Below, in pieces: positions 39,272 to 53,034 of a stretch of DNA of 64,000 nucleotides (position 1 is the first letter of the stretch; the number at the start of each line of letters is the position of its first letter). The notes beneath the pieces are model-generated. The model was not told the DNA's origin. It made no database searches and saw only the letters and a list, made by a program, of their open reading frames with translations. The stretch comes from the human T2T-CHM13v2.0 reference genome, Homo sapiens. The position numbers and the translations under genes are program-made. The stretch lies in assembly GCF_009914755.1 (NCBI RefSeq), contig NC_060942.1; one strand, given 5' to 3'.

Positions 39272-40960
39272 TTTTTTTTAGGAACCTCCATATGTTTTTC
39301 TATAATGACTATACTAGTTCACATTCCCACCAACTGTGCACAGGGTTCCCTTTTCTCCACATCCTTGCCAAAACTTATCTTTTGCCTTTTTGATAAAAGC
39401 CATTCTAACAGGTGTGAGGTGACATCTTATTGTGGTTTTGATTTGTATTTCCCTGATGATTGTGTTGAACATATATACATGTTGGCTATCTGGATGCCTT
39501 TTTGGAGAAACATCTATTCAGGTCCTTTGGCTAATTTTTCATCTGGTTGCTTTGTTGCTGCCGAGTTGCTTGAGTTCTTTATATATGTTGAATATTGACC
39601 CCTTATCAGATAGATAGTTTGCAAATATTTTCTCCCATTATATATGTTGTCTCTTCACTCTGTTGATTGTTTCCTGTGCTGTGCAGTCGCTTTTTAGTTT
39701 GATGCAATTCTGTTTGCTGTTTTTCCTTTTGTTGCCTGTGTTTTTGGGGTCAGAGCCACACAATTATTCCCTACAGGAATATCAAGAATGTTCCCGATAT
39801 GGTTTACCTGTTTCCCCACCAAAATCTCACCTTGAACTGTAGTTCCCATAATCCCCACAAGTAGTGAGAGGGATCCGTTGGGAGGTAATTGAATCATGGG
39901 GACAGTTACCCTCATGTTGTTCTGCTGATATAGTGCGTGAGTTCTCATAAGATCTGATGGTTTTCAAGAGGCTTTTTCCCCTTTTGCTCTTCATTTCTCC
40001 TTGCTGCCATCATGTTTCCCCTCCTGCCATGGTCATAAGTTTCCTGAGGCCTCCCCAGCCCTGTAAAACTGTGTGTTAATGAAACCTCTTTCCTTTATAA
40101 ATTACCCAGTCTCGGCCATGTCCTTATAGCAGTGTGAGAACAGACTAATACAATTTGTCTGTGCTTTCTTCTCAAAATGTTACAGTTTCAAGTCTTTCAT
40201 TTAAGTCTCTAATCCATTTTGAATTGTGTTTTGTATGTGGTGTGAGATAATGGGCTAATTTCATTCCTCTGCATGTGGATATTCAATTTCCCCAACACTA
40301 TTTACTGAAGAGATTTTTTTTTCCCAATTGTGTATTCTTGATACCTTCGTCAAAAATCAGTTTGCTGTAAAATAAATGCACTTATTTCTGGATGCTTTAT
40401 TCTGTTCCATATGTCTATTATTGTATTATTATTGGTCTATTATTGGTCTATGTGTCTGTTTTTAGGTCAATACCATGCTATTTTGGTTACTATAGCTTTG
40501 TAGCATATTTTGCAATTAGGTAGTGTGATGTATCCAGCTTTGTTCTTTTTGATCAAGATTATTTTGACTATTTGGGTTTTATTGTGGTTTCATATAAATT
40601 TAGAATTTTTTTCATATTTCTGAAGACAATATCATTGCATGACCCAGGAATCCCACTTCTGGATATACACCCAAAGGAAATGAAATCAGTATGTCAGAGG
40701 TATCTGCACTCCCATGTTCATGGCCACATTATTCACAATAGTCAAAATATGGAATTTGCTTAAGTGTCCTTCAATGGATAAAGAAAATGTAGTACCTATA
40801 TATAATAGGATAATAATAAAGATGAATGGATAAAGAAAATGTAGTACATATATATAATAGGATAATAATCAGCCTTGAAAAATAATATGCTGTCATATGA
40901 TACAGCATGGATGACCTGGTAGGACATTAGGCTAAGTGAAACAAGCAATGCACATAAAGA
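39272..40960 (+). mobile_element. L1MA-type element with 5' inversion (antisense 39272-40622, sense about 40630-40960)
   Basis: Antisense ORF2 from 'ttttaggaacctccata' to 'ttttcatatttctgaaga', then sense 'catgacccaggaatcccacttctggatatacacccaaagg'. Confidence 0.8.
39795..40152 (+). mobile_element. THE1D-like MaLR LTR inserted in L1
   Basis: gatatggttt...gtagttcccataatcccc...cctttataaattacccagtctc...agactaataca. Confidence 0.9.
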
Positions 40961-40979
40961 CATATACAAATATACAGAG

Positions 40980-41381
40980 AGAGTGTATATATGATTTATT
41001 ATAAGGAATTGGCTCACAAAATTATGGAGGCTAAAAAGTCCCACCTCTGCTATCTGCAACCTAGGGACCCAAGAAAACTAGCACCATAGTTAGGAAAATC
41101 AGAGTACCGATGTTGTCTAAGTGGAGAGCAGGAGGAGATTGATGTCCTAGCTCAACAGTGAGGTAGAGAGAGAGAAGTCCACTCTCTTGTTCTATTTGTT
41201 CTGTTCAGGCTCTCAGTGGACTGGATGGTCTTCAACATTGGGGAAGAAAATCTGCTTTACTCAGCCAACCTATTCTAAGGCTACCTTCATCAGGAAATAT
41301 GCTCACAGAAACACCCAGAAATAATGTTTAATCTGGACACCCATGTCCCAATCAAGTTGGCATATACAATTTACCATCACA
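40980..41381 (-). mobile_element. MLT2B ERVL LTR (partial)
   Basis: 'atttattataaggaattggctcac' through 'caagttggcatatacaatttaccatcaca'. Confidence 0.8.
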
Positions 41382-43544
41382 GTAACTCTTCTATTTGTAC
41401 TCATTTTAAACAACTTTGGGGGTCAGAAAACTATGATCAATATTATTCAAGCAATTTGCCAACATGATCTTAAATTAGAAATAAAAACCTCTCGCAGTGT
41501 GAAATATATTTAATCATATACCAGCCCTGAGTTATTTACTCATCCCAGCTCCTCCTATGTAAAAATTGATAAACTGTGTCACCATAGGCATAAATGGAGA
41601 GAGAACAATGGAGTTTTCAACATTTTATCTTTAAGAAATAAAAAGTTTCCCTTGTGCGAAATATTTTCAGCTTTTCAAAAGTTTAGTAGACTCTGAGGAA
41701 CAAAACTCTATCCCAGAATTTGAGACTGAGGTCTTAGTACAAATGTTTATACTACGTAACAAACCTAAAATTTAAGTGGAGTACTAAGAGAAGTTGATGA
41801 TATGCGCACTTTTCATTTTCATCTGGAAATTAAATTAACCATGAAAAATATCTCTATGTTTTCTCTTTTATATATACACTTGTGTTTCTTCTTCATATAA
41901 AGTCTAACTTTTTTTTTCTTTAAAATACTGTTCAGTGGTTATTCTTAGAGCACATTGTTAATCTCTTATATAAATACTAAAAAATGAGGTGTAACTCTCA
42001 TCTACCACATAGAAAACAACATAAATATTTTAAAAAAACTTACCTGTAGCACAAACTGGAAGTGTTTGAGCATAGACACAGTTAGTGTATATATAGCTAA
42101 AGAGCTCCAAGCAAACAATACAGGAGGATATTTCTACATAATTAGAAAGGAATTTGATTCAGGAAATGACTTTTTATTTGAAAAATCATTAGCATCATTA
42201 GATAATTCACTTGCTAATAAATCATCCCTTTCCATTTTTAAGTGATTAAAAAAAGATATTTCCTTATATTAACCAAAAGTCATTTGGATTTTCAATATTG
42301 TACAATCAACAAGAATTCTTTTTAGTTTTATAAAAAGCAATACAGGCTTTAAAAATAAGTCCAGAAATATCTCCTTTGACCTAATTTCTCCACTAGGTAC
42401 TATATTCTCTTCTTTATAGATAAGCTTCTTGAAAGGGTATTATTGCTTCTTATCTCCCCTTTATTTCTTACGTCCCCAGAAATCTGTTTTCTGCTCCTAT
42501 CCCTCCAAAGGAGCTATTTATTCTAAGTACATGAAAGAAATCCAAATGTCTAATTTGCTTGATATTGTCCTTGCTAATATGAATCAATTTCGATATTTGC
42601 TATCTCTTTATTCTTAACAGAATTTATTCCATTGCTTTATTCGACGGTACTGTCATCTATCTTTAGTTCAGTTATGAAGTTACTAAACACAGTTAAATAA
42701 ATTAATTCTGAAATACTGATAGAATGCAAAACACTTTGAATGTCAGGAGTAAAGGAGAAATAGTAGAGATATGAAGAGGCTGCGGTAACAGAAATGGAAA
42801 GAGGTCTAATTTCAGCTCAGTATATTCTATTTTCTCCAAATCCCCAATGAAAGTTGATATCACACCATATACAATATAGAGAGCTTAGAATGCACTGTTA
42901 TTCAATGCCAGATGTACTAGTAATAAGAGCCATGTATTTCTATTTCCATACTATTGTCTCTGGAACAATTCCCAAAATAAAATACTTGTACTTAATCTTC
43001 ACATAACAGTTTCTGAGGGAATCTAAACTAAACTTTATATAAGTGGAAAAAAAAAGATTGGATATTTGCCAATCTTTGGTATGTGGTTTTATTTAATTTT
43101 AAAATATTTGTACTTATTTTGAATTTTTATTTATTTTTGATGTCTAATTTACTAGTGGTTATAGTGGAATAAATTAAGCAATACATGCAAATTATAGAAT
43201 GCAATTAAAAATAACAATTATCAAAATTATCACTATTGTAAGCTGTATTCAAATGAGTAAGAGGTCCAAAGGATAATGGATTCATTAAGACCATTGGTGA
43301 TGACTTCTTATGACAAATAACACAAGCAGTATTTGTCTTCTTTGTTTCTTTTTCTTCTATGAGAAAATGTTTAAATACCATTTTATTTCTACCTTAAAAA
43401 ACAGCAATAAAGCTTTAATACATTTGAAAAACATGAACTACATGGAACAGGATCTTGAATCCCTCAGTTGGGAAACACAGTCCTTAAAGGATGAATCTAC
43501 AAGTGAGGAATAGGAAGATATTTGAGGCAAAACACCGTTTCATT

Positions 43545-43712
43545 AGGTATTAGCTCTGTGCTCTGGCCAATTCTAACTTGAGCTTCTCAACTGCAAAATA
43601 GTCACAATAATAGTGTGCATTTTGAAGGGTTATTAGGAGATATAAATGAGATAATATATAAAGTACTTAATAAATACTTGCTTTAGTGAACTCTTGTTAA
43701 ATCTTAGCTATA
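43545..43712 (+). mobile_element. MIR fragment
   Basis: 'ttagctctgtgctctgg...cttctcaactgcaaaatag...gggttattaggagatataaatgagataatatataaagtactt'. Confidence 0.65.
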
Positions 43713-43897
43713 GCTATTGCTGCTATTTGAATAATTATTACTTGTACTATCATTATTAATAAAGTATAGGTTAGAAATCAGGAAAGAAATTTAATCATCC
43801 TTACTATTGTGGAATATAAAAAAGTAGAAGCCAAAGCGAAGTCTTTGGACCTTAAACCAATGCTAACTTGAGAATTACAATTTGGGTCCTGATACCG

Positions 43898-44593
<696 letters not shown>

Positions 44594-45054
44594 CTATACA
44601 AAGCACTGGAGGGTCACAGATGAATTCAGAATATTTTCCAAAGCAAAGAAACTCACATCATCTTGCAAAAGTAGGGCCTATTAAATATATGTTACAATTT
44701 TATGTTACATGCTATTGAAAAATAAAAATATATTTTGGAATATGTGTATCCACATATGTGAAGACAGTTTAGTTGTCTTAAAGTTTTCTTGTGCATTTTA
44801 ATATGCAATATCTTATTGACGTGAAAATGTCTCCTATTGTTTAATATTGTTCAAAGATCATTAACTATAGTCACCTAAGAACTGCTGCTATATACAATAA
44901 TAATTGAAATATAAGATGTGATATTTATATCTACTACATATATATTAGACATATATCTCATATATAATACATATGATTTTTATATGATACATTTTTACTT
45001 ATTATTTTGTATACACGAAATAAGTAAGTTTTTATATCTGGACAAGAGAACTAG

Positions 45055-45430
<376 letters not shown>

Positions 45431-45657
45431 CCAAGAATCTTTAATACTGACCCTGAATTATTTGTAAAATCTTAACATCATTCTTCCTTTAGAAGAGAAA
45501 TGACTTTACAAATAATATCCTGATTTTAAAGCAATGCTTTGTACTTGGACAGGCTTGTACTTTGTTTATTAGTTCAGTACAACTATTTTATTGACCATGG
45601 TAATGTTACTTAACTCTGCTAAGCTCTCTTTTTCCTTCTATGAAATGGAAATGATAA

Positions 45658-47097
45658 TGTGTCCGGAATTGGTGGGTTCTTGGTCTCACCAACTTCAAGA
45701 ATGAAGCTGCGGACCCTCGCAGTGAGTGTCACAGTTCTTAAAGGCAGCCTGTCGGGAGAGTTTGTTCCTTCTGATGTTCCAATGTGTTCGGAGTTTCTTA
45801 CTTCTGGTGGGTTCCTGGTCTCACTGGCTTCAGGAGTGAAGCTGCAGACCTTCGCAGTGAGTGTTACAGCTGATAAAGGCAGTGTGGACCCAAAGAGTGA
45901 GCAGCAGCAAGACATCGCAAAGAGCAAAAGAACAAAGCTTCCACACTGTGGAAGGGAACCCCAGGGGCTTGCCACTGCTGGTTTGGGCAGCCTGCTTTTA
46001 TTCCCTTATCTGGCCCCACCACATCCTGCTGACTGGTCCATTTTACAGACAGCTGATTGGTCCATTTTACAGATAGCTGATTGGTCTGTTTTGACAGGCT
46101 GCTGATTGGTGCGTTTACAATCCCTGAGCTAGACACAAAACTTCTCCAAGTCCCCACTAGATTAGCTAGCTACAGAGTGCTGATTGGTGTATTTACAAAC
46201 CCCCTAAGCTAGACACAGAGTACTGATTGGTGCATTTACAAACCTTGAGCTAGATACAGAGTGCTGATTGGTGTATTCACAATCCCTTAGCTACACATAA
46301 AGATTCTCCAAGTCCCCACCAGATTAGCCAGACACAGAGTGCTGACTGGTGCATCCACAAACCCTGAGCTAGACACAGGGTGCTGATCGGTGTATTTACA
46401 ACCCCTTGGCTAGACATAAAGATTCTCCAAGTCCCCTCTAGACTCGGGAGCCCAGCTGGCTTCACCCAGTGGATCCTGCAGGAGGCCGCAGGTGGAGCTG
46501 CCTGCCAGTCCTGCGCCTTGCGCCCGCACTCCTCAGCCCTTCGGTGGTCGATGGGACCAGGCACCACAGAGCAGGCGGCGGCGCTAGTCAGTGAGGCTGC
46601 GGCGGCGCTAGTCAGTGAGGGTCCCGGCGGCGCAGCAGCCCACGGCGGTGGGGGAGGCTCAGGCATGGCGGGCTGCAGGTCCTAACCCCTGCCCCCCGGG
46701 GAGGCAGCTAAGGCCCGGCGAGAATTCGAGCACAGCGCTGGCGGGCCGGCACTGCTGGGGAACCCGCCGCACCCTCCGCAGCTGCTGGCGCGGGTGCTAA
46801 GCCCCTCACTGCCGCGGGCCGGTGGCGCCGGCCGGCCACTCGGAGTGTGGGGTCCGCCGAGACCACACCCACCCGGAACTCGCGCTGGCCCGCAAGAGCC
46901 GTGCGCAGGCCTGGTTTCGGCCCGCGCCTCTCCCTCCACACCTCCCCGCAAGCTGAGGGAGCCGGCTCCGGTCTCGGCCAGCCCAGAGAAAGGCTCCCAC
47001 GGTGCAGCGGCGGGCTGAAGGGCTCCTCAAGCGCGGCCAGAGTGGGCGCCGAGGCCGAGGAGGCACCGAGAGCGAGCTAGCATGCTGTCACCTCTCA
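45658..47097 (-). mobile_element. Solo LTR12 (ERV9; LTR12D/E-like), CpG-rich
   Basis: Reverse complement begins TGAGAGGTGACAGCATGCT and ends CCGGACACA. 4-bp TSD ATAA at 45654-45657 and 47098-47101. Tandem 'gctgattggt' (CCAAT) units. Confidence 0.95.
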
Positions 47098-47177
47098 ATA
47101 ATATTTACTACTAAAGACTGTTAAGCTAAATATATATATATGGCTATATATGTGTGTGGATAGATATACATACATAT

Positions 47178-47546
47178 TGAAACTGGAGAGGTTCCCTCAT
47201 CCCTGTGGCAGGGCGTGCGACAAGCGGGGGCTCCCCTCGATGTCCTCTCAATGTCCGGTGGCTTGTCTTCTTTGGCCGATATTTTCATCTCGTCGTCCAG
47301 CAGCTTCCGTTTCTGTCTTGCTAGGGTCTCGGATTTTTATAGGCCCAGGATGGAGGTATGGCGGGCCAGAGTGGTCTTAGAAAACGCAACATTTGGGATA
47401 GAAAGTAGGAATGCGGGTCTTCACTTAAGTCTGTGGGGGTGGGGCCTTAGACAGGGGCCACGCCCTCCTCTACCCAGCACTTCCCTTCCCTGCTTCCCTA
47501 TCTTTTAAAGAGACCATGCTCTTCCCTTCCCAGCACTCCCGTATCA
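47178..47546 (-). mobile_element. Short (probably internally deleted) LTR1-family solo LTR
   Basis: Reverse complement begins TGATACGGGAGTGCTGGGAAGGG and ends TTTCA. 4-bp TSD ATAT at 47174-47177 and 47547-47550. Confidence 0.8.
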
Positions 47547-47651
47547 ATATGTAAAGAGAGAGATCTACATAGACAGATACATAGGTGGATAGACAGAGAA
47601 AGACAGAGAGAGAGAGAGAGGTGGAAGGGGCACGGACTCAGTAGATGTATT

Positions 47652-47768
47652 TTTATTTGATGTTTCAATCAGTTTATTTGATATTTCAATCAGTTTATTA
47701 ATATAGTTAATGTGTGTATATTTCAATCAGTTTATTAATATAGTTAATGTGTGTATATTTCAATCAGT
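47652..47768. repeat. Compound tandem duplication (periods 21, 37, 37)
   Basis: tttcaatcag recurs at 47663, 47684, 47721 and 47758. Confidence 0.9.
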
Positions 47769-48156
47769 CACTATTCTAGAGATTATGAATAACATTTTTT
47801 TCTTTTTGTTGGTACTTAGCTATGTAACCCGGGCAGAAAGTCTAGAACCCAGGGAAAACTACATTATTGAAAATAAAGTAATAGGGACAGATTTTCTATC
47901 CTTTTTAAAAATATTCATTACGAAGGATATTCAATGCATCTGTAATCAAACGTCAGTGACAGTACGTGGAAGTACCTATTATATTTTGTGCCCTACTGTA
48001 TCATATTCAGAATAAGCATCTTCATATGGGACTGGGACATTGGCTTCTAAAGTAAAAAAATCCATTGCCCTGCATGTGGATGTCATTTATCAGAGCTTGG
48101 CAACTTGAATTTATTTATTTATTTATTTACTTATTTATTTATAAATTTTAAGTTCT

Positions 48157-48461
48157 CTTTTTTTAATTTTTTTTTTTTTTTTTTTTTGAGACAGAGCTCT
48201 GTCACTCAGGTTGGAGTGCAATGGCACGATCTTGGCTCACTGCAACCTCAGCCTCCGGGTCAAGCGATTTTCGTGCCTCACCCTCCTGAGTAGCTGGGAT
48301 TACAGGCCTGTGCCACCACGCCAAGCTAACTTTTGTATTTTTAGTAGACATGGGGTTTCACCATGTTGGCCAGGCTGGTCTCGAACTCCTGGCCTCAAGT
48401 GATCCACCGCCTTGGCTTCCCAAAGTGCTGGGATTATAGGCATGAGCCACTGCGCCAGGCC
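48157..48461 (-). mobile_element. AluS (Sz/Sx-like)
   Basis: Antisense Alu with a long poly(T). Confidence 0.93.
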
Positions 48462-49950
48462 AGAATTAAAGTTAGGGGCTCTCCTGTTGAAAAGAGTGCT
48501 TAATTTTATTACTCCAAAATGAGTGAAAATATTTTCGTTGAATTCTACTGGAGTACGAAACCCTCATCTCAAGGACTCATTGTGGAAACCACGTCTAATT
48601 TTATTTGTGTCATTCTTCCACTACACAGTATGCCAAGCAGTCTTCATGTTGCCTCTCAAATAGTTTTCCAGTGTCTTGATAAAGCAAATTCCAGAAGTCA
48701 TGAGTCAACGTCTAGAAATGTTTTAAAATGAATGATTAGCAATTTCACACAGTGAATTCTGTGGGGTTAGCAAAAATATGTTGAGCAAAATATGTCATTA
48801 GGACATTTTTTAATAATCAGCTCAGTCTAGGTCTCTTTACTTCAAGTTGTATGTATCAACATATACATGTGTTTATCTGCTTTCCCTGGTGAAGATTGCC
48901 TGTGCTGACAAAGATTTGGAAACCCAACCAACAATTACAGTCAATGGCTCTATATTATGACTCCCAATGTTTTCCATTCCATTGACATTGTTACCTAAAC
49001 CTTGGTCAATTAAAACGTATTTTATTTAGACTAGTGCTAAGAATAGAAAGAACTGGATCATTTCTGTGACAGAACAGAACTTAACAGGTAAGAGATCAGG
49101 TCTCCTTCCTCAGCTCTAAGAATAGAATGCATGAAAGCAGAAGGGCAGAGATTATGTGATACCATATACCAGCAGAATGTCTATAAAAATGGGAATGGTG
49201 CAATTAAAACAGATCCCTCAGGCTTCTAGTCATTTTTACAAAATGTCCTTTGGGCCTCTGACATTAGTCATCTTACTGGACAATTCAAGTCACCAATAAC
49301 TTTTATCCCAATTGGAAATGTAGTATCTACAAAAATACACCATCCCCTGAGTGTAATATGATGCTTTACTTCACACAGCAAAAGAAATACAACTTCAAAA
49401 GACAATAACTAAAGCTGACAAATATTGGCTACGTTGTCACATACAATCACCTAGTTCCGCACACTGATTTTTATTTTCCTGAGGACTGTGCCAACAGATG
49501 TTAATGTGGTATAAATGAACATGTCAATTTTCTCATAACTATGTTGACAAGTGTTAAAGAATTCAGCTTAAGAGGGACATGCTATCTGACTATTACCTGT
49601 CTTCCTCTTTTGTATCAAGTTACTGTGTTGCCTGTCCTGGGTTTGATGTCTTATCACAGGGTAGCATATGGCACATGATGAAAAAGCCAGAAATATTATT
49701 TTATCCACACTAACTCTGAAACAACGAGCCTTGCCCACTTTTTGGATGAAGATTAGCAGACCAATGAACACCTCTGCCTAAGGACATAGGGGAAGGAGGC
49801 AGGAGGCATTTGTTCCAGGGGCCTGGTTGTTGTCTATTTTGATTTAGCAGAAGAAATCTTTTCTTTGCTGCTTTAGTACTTTATTATTTCCTTGCAGGAA
49901 GCTTTTCAGAAATAAGGCATAATGAAATCTGCTAAAATATAACTCTTGCA

Positions 49951-50238
49951 GGCCAGGCACAGTGGCTCATGCCTGTAATCCCAGCATATTGGGAGGCTGA
50001 GATGGGTAGATCGTTTGAGCCCAAGAGTTCGAGAGCAGCCTGGGCAACATGGTGAAACCCCGTTTCTACCAAAAATACAAAAATTAGCTAGGCTGCAGTC
50101 CCACCTACTTGGGAGGCTGAGGTGGGAGGATCTTTTGACCTCAGGAGGCAGAGATTGGTTGCATTGTTTAAGATTGTGCCATTGCACTTCAGCCTGGGTG
50201 GCAGAGTGTGACCCTGTTTTGAAACAAACAAACAACAA
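49951..50238 (+). mobile_element. AluJ
   Basis: 'tttgagcccaagagttcgagagcagcctgggcaacat' and 'ggtgggaggatc' are AluJ-type positions. Confidence 0.9.
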
Positions 50239-50638
50239 ATACACACACAGACATCACATCTTAATTCACAGCGTGCATCTAAGTTGATTTTAGTTAGTTG
50301 CATATGCTGTGGACCTAAATGACCCTCACCAAGCAGCATCACAAAGTTACCATTCCATCAAATGGTTTTCTGAGGTAACTGGCACAGGAGCTGAACTACA
50401 TTTTTGGGATTAATATTAAGAAAATAAAATTATCAGTATTTAAATTCCAGCATCACCATACTATTGTTATTCCTATGGATTAATTCAATACGCTTTGAAA
50501 ACCACCTGACCTTCAGCTAACATAGATACCATACCAGCTTGGTACAACTCACTATACAATTGATTTTTTTCCTTGTGGACTTCGTATTTATAGAATACCA
50601 TTGTTTATCATGGAATTATGGAATGTATGTTTCTGTAG

Positions 50639-50962
<324 letters not shown>

Positions 50963-52788
50963 ATGTTGTTTTGATCTTAGGATATTATACACAATACTGT
51001 CGTTGGATCTTTGGATACAATATTTTTAATAAAATCTGAGTTTTTTCTGATACATACAGTCAAATTCACCTGGCAAAAATGTGACCTGTTTTAGATTTTG
51101 TTACATGATACTCAATTCCTCTCCGGAAAGAGGAAACCAAATTTGAGTGTCACTGGTAAAACTTGCCAACATTGGTTTTTATCACTTTTATTTGTTTTAG
51201 CTACTTTAATGAAATCTGAAATTGTGCTAGAGAGTTCTTTTAATTGCATTTCTATAAGTGTTACTAAGTGTATACATTTATCTAATTTTAAATCTGTAAT
51301 TTCTGATATATCAGAAATTAATATATTATTAATTATATATAATTATAATATTATTATATTAATAATATATCTACCTATTTCCTCCTCGTCCTCCCCATAA
51401 AATATTTGCAGAAAATAATATATTTGCCTAATCCCTTTTCTTTTAGAATATAGAATTTAACCAGATTGTACTAGTCTTCGGGCACAAATAGGAACATATT
51501 AACTCATTTATTAACACACATTTTACTGTTTCGTTGCATCTAAATGAATAACAAAGGACATTACTGTCACTCAGTCCCCTATAAATTCCTTTCTCAGAGA
51601 AATATGCCTGACAGTCACCAAGGGTGTCTTACCAATGCCTTCTAAGTTGCATTGCAGTTGCATGGGCACCTTGGTCTCCAGTGCTCCCAATGATCACTGG
51701 GTGCACAGTACCAATGGTGTATAATGGACCCTGGCAAAGTAGAACTTTAGCAGAGCTAATTTTATGTTTTAATTTCAGTTGAATTTATGCTCCCTATGCT
51801 ACATATGAGACTAAGCCAAGGTTCCAAAATAATCTGAATGACATGCTGTCCCTTCCATTAAAAAGGTATTATTGAATTACAGTCACCATGCCACCCTCTG
51901 AAGAATGAAATGTACCAAGAAGTTCCTCAGGCTACCTGTAAATTGTTATTTAGTGGGTAGTACAGAGAGTCCTCTCGATTAGCTTGAAAGACATGTTCAA
52001 ACATATCTAAAGCTTACTTGAATGGAAAACTGCTACAAAGAATAGCATATACAGGTTAGAACTTTGTCAGACATATTACTTGGTTTTGTAGCTGTTTAAT
52101 CTATATATTTTATGTATATTGGACATATAAACTTTATTATTGTATATTTGCATATATTTGATGTGCCAAATGATCAAACCCACCATTTTTTCTATTTCTC
52201 TTTCTATACCAGGATAACTGTTGTATCCTGTGTTCTCATGGACATTTAAAATAAGATTTTCATAAATGTTTGATTTATCTAAAATTGAGTGTATGGAGAG
52301 GAGTAAGAGTTCCTCGTTTATGCAGCCATTTTATTTTTTAACAATAGTTATTAAATAATGATGTCTACGCTCACAGTTTTGTTGGTTTTGACATATTCTT
52401 AGTTCTTCCAATACTTAGCAATATTTAATGACGTTTATTTAATCTATTATGTTTTCTTTAAGTTTCATAATATATTAAGTGTTATAGTTTACCCTTTAGA
52501 ATTGCGTCAAAATAAGTTGTATTTAATAATTATAACAATTTTCTAGGGTGGTAATTTATATTTCTGTTTTACAGTTGAGACAACTGAGACATGGAAAGTT
52601 TACATTATAGGTGGCAAAGCTATATTTTTAGAGTTTCAAATCCTATGTTTTTAGCCATTATTTTATCCTAACTTCTTTTGTTACATTTCTATTATATGTT
52701 ATTGCATACAATAAAATTTTGCTAATTTTTATTTTGTAATATGACACAATATTTAGTGAAACAAACACAACAGTCTATCTCTTCATGG

Positions 52789-52799
52789 ACACACACACT

Positions 52800-52831
<32 letters not shown>
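52789..52831. repeat. Imperfect (CA)n microsatellite
   Basis: CA runs with ct/ta interruptions. Confidence 0.85.
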
Positions 52832-53034
52832 GTTGCTGCTATTTGTGTGATTTGCTAAATTAGTTAATTCTTTCAGTTGTACCTTAATTATGAGCCTATC
52901 AAGTTTTATTAAGTGTTCTATGATGGACTAATTGCTATTTTAATCAACTTCTATATTCACTTTGAATTTTATGGTCCTTACTTTTGAAAATGAAGTAAAA
53001 GATTTCTCATTGTTTAATTTCACCATTTTATTTC

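Noticed and set aside
45619-47508. Dense cluster of overlapping ORFs and a CpG island suggesting a gene 5' end
   Set aside because: It lies within the LTR12 and LTR1 solo LTRs, where GC richness depletes stop codons.
49020-49093. Possible plus-strand mini-exon (ttttatttAG ... CAG|GTAAGA)
   Set aside because: An isolated splice-site pair with no partner exons or recognisable coding content, within chance expectation for 64 kb.
51317-51370. AT-only quasi-palindrome
   Set aside because: A two-letter low-complexity tract where self-complementarity is expected by chance.
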